Source: Eledone cirrhosa (taxonomy: Eukaryota). Taken from it: a DNA stretch of 64,000 bases. The notes under the pieces were generated by a model, which saw only the letters and a list, made by a program, of their open reading frames with translations, was not told where the DNA came from and did not search any database. The translations under genes and the position numbers were made by a program. Below, piece after piece: positions 63,264-64,000 of this stretch (the first letter of the stretch is position 1; each line of letters opens with the position of its first letter). The stretch is taken from the NCBI GenBank assembly GCA_964016885.1, contig OZ024740.1:165788001-165852000 (forward strand). The letters are read 5' to 3'.

Positions 63264-63749
63264 TCTCTCTCTTGTGTATGTGTATGAATTAAGAAACAGG
63301 ACATGATCTTTGTATTAAGAAACAGGGAATGATCTTTGCAGATAAAATCTAAGAAAACCTGTTTCCAAGGAGAGAAATATATATTAAAAAAAGATGTAAT
63401 ATAAGTATAAAGAAAGATTGAAATAATAAACCTAGTTGTGGAAAAATGTAAAGAAATTGTGATATTCTGTTCGCTCGCATAACAAACGAACATACTGATT
63501 GTATTAATATGTTTTTCATTTATGTTCCTACCCAGGAAGAGTACTTATAACATGTAACAACTTACGTCAAGCATAAACCTGAACATAGGAAAAATGGCTA
63601 TTCTAATATGCATGATATGCATTCGATGGCTGTGATTATATATATACTCGAACCAGCGAACATAAAGTCTTGGATCAATTTAACGTATATTTAAAAATAA
63701 TTATAAATTATAAACTTTGCAATGGATAAATATCAAAAGTAAATGGATG

Positions 63750-64000
63750 GTGGATTGGCAGTATCGGTAGAGGGTCGGACGCCATGCTTTATTGCATAGA
63801 GTTACGGCCCTTTTATGTTCTGAGTTCAAATCCCGCCGAGGTTAACTTTGCCTTTCTTCCTTACGGGGTCGATAAAATAAAGTACCAGTAATGTACTGGG
63901 TAATTTCTGGCCTTGTGCCAAAAGTAGAAACAATTATTTCTTTTCGTACACTGGGGTCGATTTAATCGAATTACCCCTCCCCTCAAATTGCCGGCCTTAA
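63750..64000 (+). mobile_element. tRNA-derived SINE (family B) followed by a second 3' tail fragment
   Basis: TGGCAGTATCGGTAG head, B-box GAGTTCAAATCCC, GGGGTCGATAAAATAAAGTACCAGT, GGCCTTGTGCCAAAAG, then a further CACTGGGGTCGATTTAATCG tail. Confidence 0.82.

Noticed and set aside
63750-63840. tRNA gene suggested by A/B boxes
   Set aside because: No cloverleaf; continues into a repeated SINE body found several times in the window.

Overview
AT-rich, gene-poor eukaryotic (animal) DNA. It is most likely a cephalopod such as Octopus; this is an inference from the SINE families and the extreme (TA)n/(CA)n load. No complete host gene is evident. The window holds: two degraded R4/Dong-like RLE non-LTR retrotransposons in tandem, bounded by (TATG)n (1-3507); a ~6.5 kb (TA)n tract; a full-length 5.8 kb Tx1/L1-clade LINE with a 20-bp target-site duplication in an (AAT)n-like repeat (34373-40171); decayed Helitron Pif1 and CRE-like fragments; and many tRNA-type SINEs. 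The most interesting signal is a cluster of non-coding fold-back modules embedded in microsatellites (14.7-20.7 kb) plus a structured module at 31.2-31.6 kb. The 19.0-20.7 kb and 31.2-31.6 kb modules carry minimal Penelope-type hammerhead ribozyme motifs, one with a compensatory U3-A8 core. Different retroelements appear to sit in different microsatellite motifs. The Tx1 element also has splice signals that could produce a dedicated ORF2 mRNA.
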